64,000 bases of DNA from Candidatus Hydrogenedentota bacterium (lineage in GTDB: Bacteria > Hydrogenedentota > Hydrogenedentia > Hydrogenedentales > SLHB01), in contig CAVUWV010000024.1 of the NCBI GenBank assembly GCA_963745075.1, positions 224,001-288,000 on the forward strand, read 5' to 3'. Shown here piece by piece: positions 40,658 to 52,107 of the stretch (positions are counted from its first letter, which is position 1; each line of letters opens with the position of its first letter). A program made the translations under genes and the position numbers. A model generated the notes under the pieces. The model searched no databases and had not been told where the DNA came from. It saw nothing but the letters and a program-made list of their open reading frames with translations.

Positions 40658-43094
40658 TTAGTCCACAGCGTGAACGGTGTAGGTCTCGTCGGCTTCTGTC
40701 GTGAATTGGAATTCATCGCTCGACTGCGCGATCTCCGAATCGCCATGGCTCACACGCAACGGGGTCCAACTCCGAATCGCGCAGGGTCCGTCCAAGTCCG
40801 AAGTAATAGTCGCTTCCGTCAGCTTGCCGTCTCTCCACGCAATATCGACCGTGAATCCGCCGCGGGCGCGGAGGCCCGTGACCTTGCCGGTCGGCCATGC
40901 CTGGGGGAGTGCCGGCAAGAATTCTATCGCGCCGGCGTGGCTTTGCAGGAGCATCTCGGCGATGCCCGCCGTGCCGCCGAAGTTGCCGTCGATCTGGAAG
41001 GGCGCGTGATTGTCGAACAGATTGGGTAGCGTGGACTTCGCGAGGAGTGCCCTCACGTTTTCGTAGGCTCTATCGCCGTCGGCAAGGCGTGCCCAGAAGT
41101 TGATAATCCAGGCGCGGCTCCAGCCGGTGTGGCCGCCGCCGTTCGCGAGACGCCGCTCGATCGAGACCCGGGCGGCCTTCGCCAATTCGGGCGTGCCCGT
41201 CAGCGTGATCTGGCTGCCGGGATGCAGCGCGAACATGTGGGACATATGCCGGTGCCCCGGCTCGGGTTCATCGAAGTCGACGAGCCACTCCTGTAGTTGG
41301 CCGTGCTTGCCGATTTGCAGCGGTGCGAGTCGGGCGCGGGTATCGCTCAGCTTCGCGCGGAAGTCGTCGTCTATGCCCAAGGTTTCGCTTGCCTGGATGC
41401 AATGGGTGAACAAGTCCCACAAGATTTCCATGTCCATGGTCGGACCCATGCACACGTTGGCCTGCTGGCCGTCTGTGGTGCGGAACTTGTTCTCCGGTGA
41501 ATTCGACGGCGCCGTGACCAACCAGCCGTGGGTGGGCTCTTCGATCAGCGTGTCGACATAGAACTCCGCGGCGCTCTTCATGACAGGGTACACCGAGGCG
41601 AGAAAGTCGCGGTCGCCGTTGAAGGCGTAATGTTCCCAGAGATGCTGGCACAGCCAACCGCTGGCGGCCATGAATTGTCCCCAGGAGGGGCGCTCGCCCG
41701 GAGAAGTGAACCCCCAGATATTCGAAATCGTGTGCACGACCCATCCGTTTGCGTTGTAATGAATGCGCGCGGTTCGGCTGCCGGGGACTTGCAGCGACTC
41801 GATGTATTGGAGGAACGGCTCGTGGCATTCCGCGAGGTTGCACACCTCGGCGGGCCAGTAGTTCATCTGGTCGTTGATGTTGTGATGATAGTCGCAGTTC
41901 CAGGGCGCCTGAAAGTGATCGCACCAGATGCCCTGCAAATTCGCGGGCAGATCGCCGGGCCGCGAACTGGAAATGAGCAGATAGCGTCCGTATTGGAAAT
42001 AAAGCGCGGCGAGGCCGGGATCGTCGGCGCCATTTTGCACCGCGGTCAGGCGCATGTCGGTCGGCTGGCTCGACGCATCCGTCGTACCAAGGTCGATGCT
42101 GACCCGGCGATACAATCGTTGATAGTCTTCCACATGCGCGGCGCGCAACGCATCGTAAGGCTTGTCGGAGGCATTCGAGAGCTGCGTCTCACAGATGGAC
42201 GTGGGTTCCTTACCCTGGTAGTCCGTCGCAGCGACCAGCAGCAGCGTCGACGGCGTTCGCGTTCTGAACTTCGATGGTGTTGCCGTTGGAGACCATGGCG
42301 CCGCCGTCGGGACGCATCATCAGACGCGCTTCGTACCGCATCCCATGCCCCATCCAGGCCCGGCCGGCGAGGACCAGTGTATTCCCGCCGCGCACTTCCG
42401 CAACGACTGCCGGTTCCGGCTCCTCCGATTCCTCGAAGGGCTCGATCCCGGAATCGTTCTTCCATCGGCGCGAACTGCGGCGCGGATCGCGGTCCAACCC
42501 AACACGAAACGATACGCCGCCCGGTTTATCCGCTGCGAGCCGAATGACCAACACCTGGTCGGGCGCGCTGCTGAAAACTTCGCGCGTATAGTTCGTATCA
42601 CCGACCCGGTACTCGACCGACGCGATGCCCGTATCGAGATCGAGTGTACGACGATAGACATCGAAAGCCGTTTGGTCCGCCCCAAAATCGAGGATGATGT
42701 CCCCGAGAGTCTGGTAAGAGCCGAACGGCACGTACGCGCCATTTCCCGTACCCGACCCTGCGCCTTGGCAAACGAGCGTATCGTAAGTCAGCGCTTCCGC
42801 TTCCGTGTACTTGCCTTGCAGCAATAGCGCGCGGACTTCGTCCAGATGTTTCAAGGCGTCCGGGTTGTCCGCGAACTGGGGACCGCCGGACCACAGGCTG
42901 TCTTCGTTCAACTGGATGCGTTCGCGCGGCACGCCGCCGAAAACCATGCCGCCGATCCGGCCATTCCCGACCGGCAAGGCTTCCGTCCACACGCTCGCCG
43001 GTTGGGTATACCAGAGGCTCACTGGAGGCGGCGTATCGGCAAGAATACCGACGCTGCCGGCCATCATCAGGATCGCGACCCACCAATTTCGCAT
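40658..43094 (-). CDS. GH95 alpha-L-fucosidase family (frameshift near 42250)
   Basis: [42 protein letters not shown] and FQIDGNFG motifs. Confidence 0.92.
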
Positions 43095-43190
43095 CGAATC
43101 AACCCCTCCATTTCCTCCGCCAGGCCCTTACTGGCATAATGCGTGGAAACAAGATCCCGCTACCGGGGGAACCACGGGGAGAAGGATACC

Positions 43191-45281
43191 ATGATTCGAG
43201 TAGTCCGGTGTGCGTTCATAGCGTTTGTTGCGGTTGTATTGGCCGCGGGGCTCGCTTTCGCGCAAGACGCGGATACCGTGCAGATTTATGTCTCGCCTTC
43301 GGGTAACGATGCTTGGTCGGGCACACTGGCGGAACCGAATGCGGACGGTACCGACGGACCGTTTGCCACGCTGGAGCGGGCGCGGGACGAAGTCCGGCGC
43401 ATGAAGAAGGAATCCGCGGTTCCCGCGGATGGCATTCGCATCGTCGTGCAAGGCGGCCGTTACGAATTGAACGAGCCGCTCGCGTTGACGGACGAGGATT
43501 CCGGTACGGAGCAGGCTCGCGTGACCTATGCCGCCGCGGACGGGCAGGAGGTACGAATCAGCGGCGGACGCGTGGTGGATACGTTTGCACCCGTTACGGA
43601 CGCGGCGGTGTTGGAACGGCTCGACCCGTCAGCGCGCGATCACGTCATGCAGGCGGATCTCCGCGCGTTGGGCATCGAAGACTACGGTTCGCCCAAGGGC
43701 GGCGGTATGGAAGTCTTTTTCCGTGACCAGCCCATGACGCTTTCGCGCTGGCCGAACGAAGGGTTTACCCACATCGCAGACCTCGTGATAGATGACGGGC
43801 ATAAGATCCACGGGATTCCGGGCAGCACGGTCGGCAAGTTCATCTACGAAGGCGACCGGCCGGAACGCTGGATTGGTGAGAAGGATCCCTGGGTTTACGG
43901 GTACTGGTTCTGGGACTGGTCGGCGCAGCCGCAGCAGATCGAGTCCATCGACCCCGCGAAAAAAGAGGTCGATCTTGTGCCGCCGTATCATGGGTATGGC
44001 TACCGTAAGGGCCAGTGGTATTACGGCTACAATCTCCTCGTAGAACTCGATTCGCCGGGGGAATGGTATCTCGACCGCGAGGCGGGCGTGCTGTACTTCT
44101 GGCCGCCTGAATCGGTCACGCCGGGCGATGTCGTGGTGACCGTACTTTCCACGCTGGTTCAGATGGACGGCGCATCCGACGTGACGGTGCGCGGCTTCAC
44201 GTTGGAAGGCGGCCGTGGAACCGCGATACAAATCAAAGGAGGCACGCAGAACCGGGTCGAAGCCTGCACGATCCGCAACGTGGGCGGCTGGGCCGTCACG
44301 GTCGGCGGTGGCACCGATCACGGCGTGGTCGGCTGCGACATCTATCAGACCGGCGGCGGGGGGGTCTCGTTGACCGGCGGCGACCGGACGACGTTGACGC
44401 CGGGCAATCATTACGCGGACAACAATCACATCCACGACTACAGCCGCATCAACCGCATGTACAACCCAGGGATCACGTTGCAGGGCGTGGGCAACAGGGC
44501 GACGCACAACCTCATCCACGACGCCCCGCACATGGGTATGGGTTTCGGCGGCAACGATCACGTCATCGAGTACAACGAAATCTACAACGTCTGTTTCGAG
44601 TCCAACGACGCCGGCGCCATCTATACCGGGCGCAACTGGACCATGCGCGGGAACGTGATTCGCTACAACTATCTCCACGACATCAGTGGATTCCAGAACA
44701 AAGGCTGCGTCGGCGTGTACCTCGACGACATGTTCGCGTCGGCGGATATCCTCAGCAACGTGTTCTACAAGGTCACGCGGGCCGCCTTCATCGGCGGCGG
44801 GCGCGATTGCACCGTGGCCAACAACATCTTCGTGGACTGCAAACCCGCGTTGCACGTCGACGCGCGGGCCCTGGGCTGGGCGCATCAACATGCTGACGAT
44901 TGGATGGCCGAGGCGAAGGAAAAGGGTACCATCTCCGGCATCGCCTACGACAAACCACCGTACAGCGAGCGATATCCCCAATTGCCGCACATTCTGGAGG
45001 GCGAACCAAAAGCGCCGGAAGGCAACCTCATCGCGCGCAACATCTGCTGGGGTGGAACCTGGGACGAGGTCGAGGAAAAGGCCCGGCCGTATCTAGTTTT
45101 CAATGACAACCTCGTTGAGGAAGATCCCCATTTCGTGGACGCAGAGCACCTGGACTTTCGGCTAAAGGACGACTCGCCTGCATTCGCGCTAGGGTTCAAA
45201 CCAATTCCCATTGAGAAGATTGGTCTCTACGCGTCGCCGGACCGTGCCACGTGGCCCGCGGACGCCGCGCGCGGGGAATAG
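43191..45281 (+). CDS. right-handed parallel beta-helix protein (putative CAZyme), secreted
   Basis: YVSPSGNDAWSG..GPFATLERARD, ELDSPGEWY, DAGAIY and GVYLDD motifs. Confidence 0.82.
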   Translation: MIRVVRCAFIAFVAVVLAAGLAFAQDADTVQIYVSPSGNDAWSGTLAEPNADGTDGPFATLERARDEVRRMKKESAVPADGIRIVVQGGRYELNEPLALTDEDSGTEQARVTYAAADGQEVRISGGRVVDTFAPVTDAAVLERLDPSARDHVMQADLRALGIEDYGSPKGGGMEVFFRDQPMTLSRWPNEGFTHIADLVIDDGHKIHGIPGSTVGKFIYEGDRPERWIGEKDPWVYGYWFWDWSAQPQQIESIDPAKKEVDLVPPYHGYGYRKGQWYYGYNLLVELDSPGEWYLDREAGVLYFWPPESVTPGDVVVTVLSTLVQMDGASDVTVRGFTLEGGRGTAIQIKGGTQNRVEACTIRNVGGWAVTVGGGTDHGVVGCDIYQTGGGGVSLTGGDRTTLTPGNHYADNNHIHDYSRINRMYNPGITLQGVGNRATHNLIHDAPHMGMGFGGNDHVIEYNEIYNVCFESNDAGAIYTGRNWTMRGNVIRYNYLHDISGFQNKGCVGVYLDDMFASADILSNVFYKVTRAAFIGGGRDCTVANNIFVDCKPALHVDARALGWAHQHADDWMAEAKEKGTISGIAYDKPPYSERYPQLPHILEGEPKAPEGNLIARNICWGGTWDEVEEKARPYLVFNDNLVEEDPHFVDAEHLDFRLKDDSPAFALGFKPIPIEKIGLYASPDRATWPADAARGE

Positions 45282-45351
45282 CCGGATGTGCCGTGCTGTT
45301 CCACCTTGACGGTAGACAAGGCAACGGGTAATCGGTACAATCGGCTTCGTG

Positions 45352-45841
45352 ATGGCATCTATCGGTCGGAAGAATTGCAGGCGTTCCCTGTTTGGCGCGG
45401 CGCTGGCGTTGGTGGTGTTGTTCACCGGCGGACCTGCGTGGGCAAGCGGGCTGGTTCTGTGTCTCTGCCACGACGGGCATATGACGCTCGAAACTGCGTG
45501 CCAGCCGCAGGAATGCTGTGCCTGATGATTGCTCGATCGACGGCGCGCCGGAGTCGGTTTCCATATCGCTGTGCGCCGATGCGAGCGAAGAACATCCTTG
45601 TGTCGATGTTCCGTTGCTCATGCCATCGGGGCAGGTGCAGGCGCCGCGTTCCACGGTAGTTCTGACGACCTCAATCAAACCGTCTGCTGGAATCTGTGAT
45701 TTATTTCCCACCGCGACTCTGGAACCCGCTGCGACCGCCGCGTTCCTCTGCGAGTCGTCGTGTCCTTCCCTCACTCCTGTCGTCACCGGAATCGTTGTCC
45801 TTCAGATTCTGATTCCCCTTCTCCTCACCGTACCTGAGTAG
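45352..45841 (+). CDS. Cys/His-rich small exported protein upstream of the RND operon (CzcI-like position), frameshift near 45520
   Basis: Hand translation MASIGRKNCRRSLFGAALALVVLF...VLCLCHDGHMTLETAC...CC joins ORF 45518 (C...HPCVDVP). Confidence 0.55.
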
Positions 45842-45889
45842 TCTCAACAGGCGTCATGCACTGCACGTGCATTCGAGGAGAACGATTTC

Positions 45890-47416
45890 ATGCGATTCAA
45901 AGCCCCAAGAGGGGTGTACTGCATCTTAATCGCCGCAGTGAGCGCGATTGGACAGGATGCGGCATTCACTGAACCTACTGGCACGATTACGCTGGAACAG
46001 GCCGTCTACGCGGCGCTGCAGGGGAGCCCCCGGCTGGCCGCCTTTGACTGGGAACTGCGGGCCACGGATGGGCGGATTCTGCAAGCCGGATCGCGACCCA
46101 ATCCGGAACTGTCGCTCGAGATCGAAAATGTGCGGCTGAAATCCGGGCCGGGCGCGGATGCGCGCACGCGCTCCTTAAACGGCACCCTGGGCCGGAAGAC
46201 CGTGACGCTACCGAGTGGGCAACAGGGGCAACCTGTCGATCTGACGTATCCCCGGATTCAATCCGTGTTCGGCGGAGAACTGGAGCGGGAATCGGGCGCG
46301 CCCGCCGGGTTTGCGGAGTCCGAGATTACGCTCAGCATCTCGCAGATCATCGAATTGGGTGGCAAGCGGGCCAAGCGTGTGGCTCTGGCGCGGGAAGAGA
46401 AGCAACTCGCGCAATGGGATTACGAAGCGGCGCGAGCGGATCTCATCGCGGAGACCGCGCGGGCATTCGTCAACGTGCTCGTGGCCCAGGAGCGGGTGGA
46501 GCGCGAACGGGAATTGGTCGCCCTGGCGGAGGATGTGGCGCGGTCGACGGCTTTACGGGTCGATGCCGGGCAAGTCTCGCCCATGGAGAGCAACCGCGCC
46601 GAGATCGCCCTCTCGACGACGGGTATCGCTCTGGCCAACGCCGAACGCGCGTTGCAGGCGGCACGCATGCGGCTCGCGTCCATGTGGGGCGCCACCGAAA
46701 TCACTTATACGGTGGCCGTGGGCGATTTTGCCGACATTTCGCCGGTTCCCGCCGTGGATTCGCTGGTTCAGCGGCTCAAAGCCAATCCGGACCTCGCCCG
46801 ATGGGCGTCCGAACTTGCGGTACGTGACGCGGAATTCACCCTGGCGCGTGCGCGGCGCATCCCCAATCCCTCGATCGATTTGGGATTGCGGCGTGAAGGA
46901 TTCGCCGGCCGGTCGGTTTCGCGATTCGGAAGCGACACGGGCGCCACGCTCGGGTTTTCGCGGACGGATGTCGAACCCGAGCGGGACGCGGAGTATCGCA
47001 TCGTTCTCGGGTTTTCCATGCCGCTGCCCCTCTTCGACCGCAACCAAGGAAACATCGCGGAAGCGGAGGCGCTCGTCTCCAAGACGGCCGAAGAGCGTCG
47101 CGCAACCGCGGTCGCCTTGCACGCGGCGCTCGTCGAATCCCGGGAGTCCGCTGCCGCCGCGTACGACGAATTGCAGACCCTGGAAACCGACGTGTTGGCA
47201 CGAGCGGCCCAAACCCTCGACAAGACGAGGGAAGGGTACGAGTTGGGCAAGTTCAGTTATCTCGACGTGCTGGATGCCCAACGCACGCTGTTCGACGCGC
47301 AGGCTGCGCGTCTGGATGCATTGACCCGATATCACGTTGACAGCGTCAACATAGAACGATTGACCGGCCAGACGCCGGCTCAAACGCAGGAGCAACAAGA
47401 TGAACGTGAAGACTAG
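45890..47416 (+). CDS. czcC: TolC/CzcC-family outer-membrane efflux protein
   Basis: PNPELSL, ELGGKRAKR, PLPLFDRNQGNI and YLDVLDAQRTL motifs. Confidence 0.88.
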   Translation: MRFKAPRGVYCILIAAVSAIGQDAAFTEPTGTITLEQAVYAALQGSPRLAAFDWELRATDGRILQAGSRPNPELSLEIENVRLKSGPGADARTRSLNGTLGRKTVTLPSGQQGQPVDLTYPRIQSVFGGELERESGAPAGFAESEITLSISQIIELGGKRAKRVALAREEKQLAQWDYEAARADLIAETARAFVNVLVAQERVERERELVALAEDVARSTALRVDAGQVSPMESNRAEIALSTTGIALANAERALQAARMRLASMWGATEITYTVAVGDFADISPVPAVDSLVQRLKANPDLARWASELAVRDAEFTLARARRIPNPSIDLGLRREGFAGRSVSRFGSDTGATLGFSRTDVEPERDAEYRIVLGFSMPLPLFDRNQGNIAEAEALVSKTAEERRATAVALHAALVESRESAAAAYDELQTLETDVLARAAQTLDKTREGYELGKFSYLDVLDAQRTLFDAQAARLDALTRYHVDSVNIERLTGQTPAQTQEQQDERED

Positions 47417-48971
47417 ACCCCAAACGTTGGTATCGTCTCTTCGCATCCGAGGCGGTTCACCTCGTCCCTGATTGCGATTTTGTCAGTCATGGTGGTCACT
47501 GTGCTCAGTGCGGGATGTGGCGTTTCGAGCAACGACGTGGCCCAAGCCGCGCCGCGCGAACACGCAGCGCACACGCACGCCGAACGTGATCCAGACCGGT
47601 TGTGGTGCAACGAGCATGGCGTGTACGAGGACGAATGCACGATCTGCCATCCGGAACTGGCTGCGGCTGCCGAGGAGCGTGATCCGAATCGTCTGTGGTG
47701 CAACGAGCATGGTGTCTACGAAGACGAGTGCACGATCTGTCATCCCGAGATGGCGTCGGAGTCTGAGCAAGACGACGACGGGCACGGGCACGACAACCAC
47801 TCCGGAGGTGCGGAGGTGCTTTGGTGCAAGGAGCACGACGTGGCGGAGGGCGAGTGCGGCTTGTGTCATCCAGAACTGGTTGCAGACCTCGAACCCGGCC
47901 AAGGGATGAAAGTCCGATTCGAGTCGGATGCGTCCGTCACGAAGGCGGGGGTGGAAGTAGGCCGCCCAAGCGAATCGACCATGTTGAGACCTTCGAGGTC
48001 CTGGGACAGGTGACCTTCGACCGCAACAAGCTCGCCATGATCACGCCCCTTGCCGGCGGTGTGCTGGAAAGCGTCCACGTGGATGTCGGGGATCGGGTCA
48101 AGAAAGGCGACCTCATGGCCCGGGTCAATTCGCCCGCTATCGCGGAGGCGAAGAGTGCTCTGGTGCGTGCGTTGACGCAGGAAGAGTTGCACCGCCGGAC
48201 CTTCGCCCGCGAGAAGGATCTCGTCGAGCGCGAGATCCCGCACGACAGGATTTCGAATCGGCCAGAGCCACGTACGACGCAAGCCGGAGCGAGACGCAAC
48301 AGGCCGGCCAGAAATTGTCGAACTTCGGCTTCGGTGAAGCCGAAGTGGCGGAAGTCGCGCGGACCCGGTCGACCACGTCAGTGATGCCCGTTCGAGCGCC
48401 GTACGACGCGACGGTCGTGGATCGGGATGCCGTCGCGGGCTCAGCGGTGGAAATGGGGATGCCGCTGTTCCAGGTAGCAGACCTGCGCACCATGTGGCTG
48501 GAGTTGTCGATTCCGGAAAGCCATCTCGGAGTCCTGAAACGCGGCATGCCCGTCTTCGCTCGCTTCGAGGCGTACCCTGGCGACGGCTTTACGGGAGAAC
48601 TCACGTGGGTTGCCTATCAGGTTGATGAAGAGACGCGCAAGGTTGAGGCGCGGGCCGTGCTTCCCAATCGAGAGGAACGGCTCCGGCACGGAATGTTCGC
48701 TCGCGTCCAGCTCGCGGCCGGCGAGGAAACTGCAGGACTGACCGTGCCGAAAGACGCGGTTCAGGTGGTGGACGGGAGCTCCGTCGTCTTCCGAAAACTC
48801 GCGGACGACCTGTTCGAAAGCCGGGTCGTTCACGTAGGCCCGGATAAAGATGGGCAAGTGCTGGTTCTCGCGGGACTTCGGCCTGATGAGGAGATCGTGA
48901 TAACTGAGAGTTATTTGGTCAAATCGGAATTGTTGAAAGCCCGGCTTGGCGCGGGTTGCACCGAACACTAG
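47400..48971 (+). CDS. czcB: RND efflux periplasmic adaptor (CzcB-like) lipoprotein with three WC-x-EH...C-xx-CHPE repeats; several frameshifts
   Basis: LSAGC lipobox; VDVGDRVKKGD, VRAPYDATVV, LFQVADLRTMW and LRHGMFAR across frames. Confidence 0.82.
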
Positions 48972-48989
48972 CGCGCGGGAGCCGAATAG

Positions 48990-51900
48990 ATGTTGAATAG
49001 ACTAATCGAGGCGGCGCTCCAGAACCGCCTGCTCGTACTCCTTCTGTTCGCCGTCCTCTGCGGCGTTGGCGTGTGGCGTCTTGCCGATCTGCCGATCGAC
49101 GCGTTTCCCGACACGTCACCCACGCAGGTGCAGGTTAATACGACGGCCCCGGCTCTGAACGCGGAAGAGATTGAACAACAAATTACGCTTCCCATTGAAC
49201 TTGCCGTATCGGGTTTGCCCGGTTTGGACAACGTGCGCTCGGTCTCGAAGTTTGGTTTGTCGCAAGTTGTCGCAACGTTTAACGAGACGACGGAAGTTTA
49301 CGACGCACGCCAGTTCATCATGGAGCGGGCAAACGGCGTTCAGCTTCCGGAAGGCATCGAACGTCCGGAGATGGGTCCCATCTCGACGGGGCTTGGCGAA
49401 GTGCTCCACTACATTGTACGTTCGACGAACCCGGACCGTTCGCTCACGGAAATCCGCACGCTTCACGACTGGGTGATCAAACCCGAACTGCTCAAAGTCT
49501 CCGGCGTGGCCGAGGTGAATAGTTGGGGCGGGTTCGAGAAGCAGTTCCACGTCATCGTCAGCCCGGAGTCGCTGATTAAATACGGCCTCACTCTGGCGGA
49601 GGTCAGGGAGGCGCTGGAGCGGAACAACGAAAACGTCGGCGGGGGTCAGACCGAGCGGGCGGGGGAAACCTTGCTCGTCCACGGTTTGGGACGAGTGTCC
49701 ACGGTCGAAGAAATCGAAAATATTGTGGTTGCGGCGTATGAGGGTACGCCGCTGCACATTCACGATCTCTGCGAGGTTCGCGTGGACCATGAGATTCGGC
49801 GCGGCGCGGTGACGTTCCAAGGACAGGGCGAAGCCTTGTTGGGCCTTGGGTTCATGCTATTGGGCGAAAACAGTCAGGATGTGACGGAGGCGTTGCGCGC
49901 AAAGGTGCAAAAGTCGGGCGGCAACGGCGCTGCCGGATGACATCGCAATCGAAGTCGTGTACGACCGTACCGATCTCATCGGAGAAGTGATCGGAACCGT
50001 TCAGCACAACCTCATCCTGGGCGTGCTGTTCGTCATCGTGGTTCTCTTTATACTTCTGGGAAACATACGTGCGGGCTTGTTGGTTGCCATCACGATTCCA
50101 ATCGCCATGCTGTTTGCCGTACTCGGGATGTTCGAACTCTCCATCGCGGCGAGTTTGCTAAGTCTGGGCGCCATCGACTTCGGGATTCTGGTGGACGGTT
50201 CCGTGGTCATGACGGAGGCCAACCTGCGCCGGCTGCGAGACGAACAAGCGCGACATGGACGAGAGCTAAGCGGGAAGGAGCGCTTGGCGTGCATCATTCA
50301 ATCGAGCCGGGAAGTGGTCCGGCCCATCGCCTTCGGAATGGGCATCATTCTTATCGTGTTCTTCCCGATCCTGACGCTGCAAGGTGTGGAAGGTAAGATG
50401 TTCAAGCCGATGGCCTGGACGTTCATACTGGCGATGCTCGGCGCGCTGTTTATCTCCGTGATTCTTTCGCCGGTGCTTTCCTACTAACATCTTGCCCCGC
50501 GATGCCCGGCCTGAACGGAAAGGGATTCCTCCCATCTTCTGACGGTCCTGTATGGGGGGCTATTGGGTGGCGCTCTGAAACTCCGTTGGCTCGTGCTGGC
50601 GGTGACGGTGGTGGTGCTTTCGGCTACGGCCGGTCTTGCGACGCGTCTTGGTGGCGAGTTCGTTCCGCGCCTGAGTGAAGGGGCGGTGGTTTCCAATGTG
50701 ATTCGCCTGGCCGGGGTCTCTATCGACACGTCAGCGCGCTACAACACGCGCATGGAACAACTGCTGCTCGACGAGTTCCCGGACGAGATTCGATACGTAT
50801 GGAGCCGCATTGGATCGGCGGAAGTCGCTACCGACCCATGGGGAACGAGTTGACGGACATCTTCGTAACGCTCTTTCCGCGTGAGGATTGGACGCGTGTC
50901 AAGCGCAGGCAGAATTCGTTGCCGCGATGGAAAATTGTCGGTGACTTGCCCGGGATCAATATCGCCTATTCGCAGCCCATCGAGTTGCGTATGAACGAGC
51001 TGATTTCCGGAATGCGCTCCGACGTGGGGATCAAGATCTACGGTGACGATTTCGACGAACTGGTCCGCATCTCGGACGAAATCCAGCGTGTGCTTGTGAG
51101 TATTGACGGCGCCGCCGATATCTCGGTCGACCAACTGACCGGTCAACCTACGATGCAGGTACGCGTGGATCAACAGCGCATATCGCGATTCGGGATACCC
51201 GCGGGCGACGTGCTCGATTTTGTCGAGGCCGTTGGCGGGACGGATGTGGGGACCATCTACGAGGGTCAACGCACGTTTCCTTTCGTGCTTCGTCTGCCGG
51301 ACGAGTATCGAAGCAATCCGGATCAGCTTGCCGAGGCACTGATTCCGACGGAGCGCGGATCTCAGTTGAAGCTCCGCGAACTGGCCGAGGTTGTCGAAAC
51401 CACCAGTCCGGCGACAATCAACCGGGAGTGGGGACGACGCCTCATCCGGGTGCAGACCAATGTTCGCGATCGCGACGTGGCCTCGTTTGTCGATGAGGCG
51501 CAGCAACGGATTGCGGACGAAGTGGATTTGCCGGACGGCTATCTCGTCGAATGGGGAGGACAGTTTCAGAATCTCGAACGGGCCAGATTGCGCTTGGCAA
51601 TCATCGTTCCTCTCACGTTATTGCTGGTCTTTGTTCTCCTGTATTTGAGTCTGGGAAGCTTTCGCGATGTACTCATCATCTACACCGGCGTTCCGTTCGC
51701 GGCCATCGGCGGGATCGTGTCGCTTTGGCTACGGGACATCCCGTTCAGCGTCAGCGCGGCCGTCGGTTTCATCGCGTTGTCAGGGATTGCCGTCTTGAAT
51801 GGACAGGTGCTCGTGGCCGCGATTCGGTCCTTTGTCGCCGACGGGCTCGCGTTGCGCGATGCCGTGTTGGCCGCGGGCAAGCAGCGGCTTCGGCCGGTCC

Positions 51901-52106
51901 TGGCGACGGCGATCACCGATGCCGTCGGATTCATACCGATGGCCTTGTCCACGGGCGTAGGCGCGGAAGTGCAACGGCCCCTGGCAACGGTGGTTGTAGG
52001 TGGGATTCTGACGGCGACGTTATTGACACTCTTCGTGTTGCCGATCCTGTACCTGGTTACGCCGGGGAGATCTCGGGAGGTCCGTCCCGCCGACAGAAAG
52101 GAATAG
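48990..52106 (+). CDS. czcA: CusA/CzcA-family heavy-metal RND permease; several frameshifts
   Basis: LPIDAFPD, GPISTGLGEV, SLGAIDFGILVDGSVVM, GFIALSGIAVLNG, RLRPVLATA and AEVQRPLATVVVGG motifs. Confidence 0.92.
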
Positions 52107-52107
52107 C

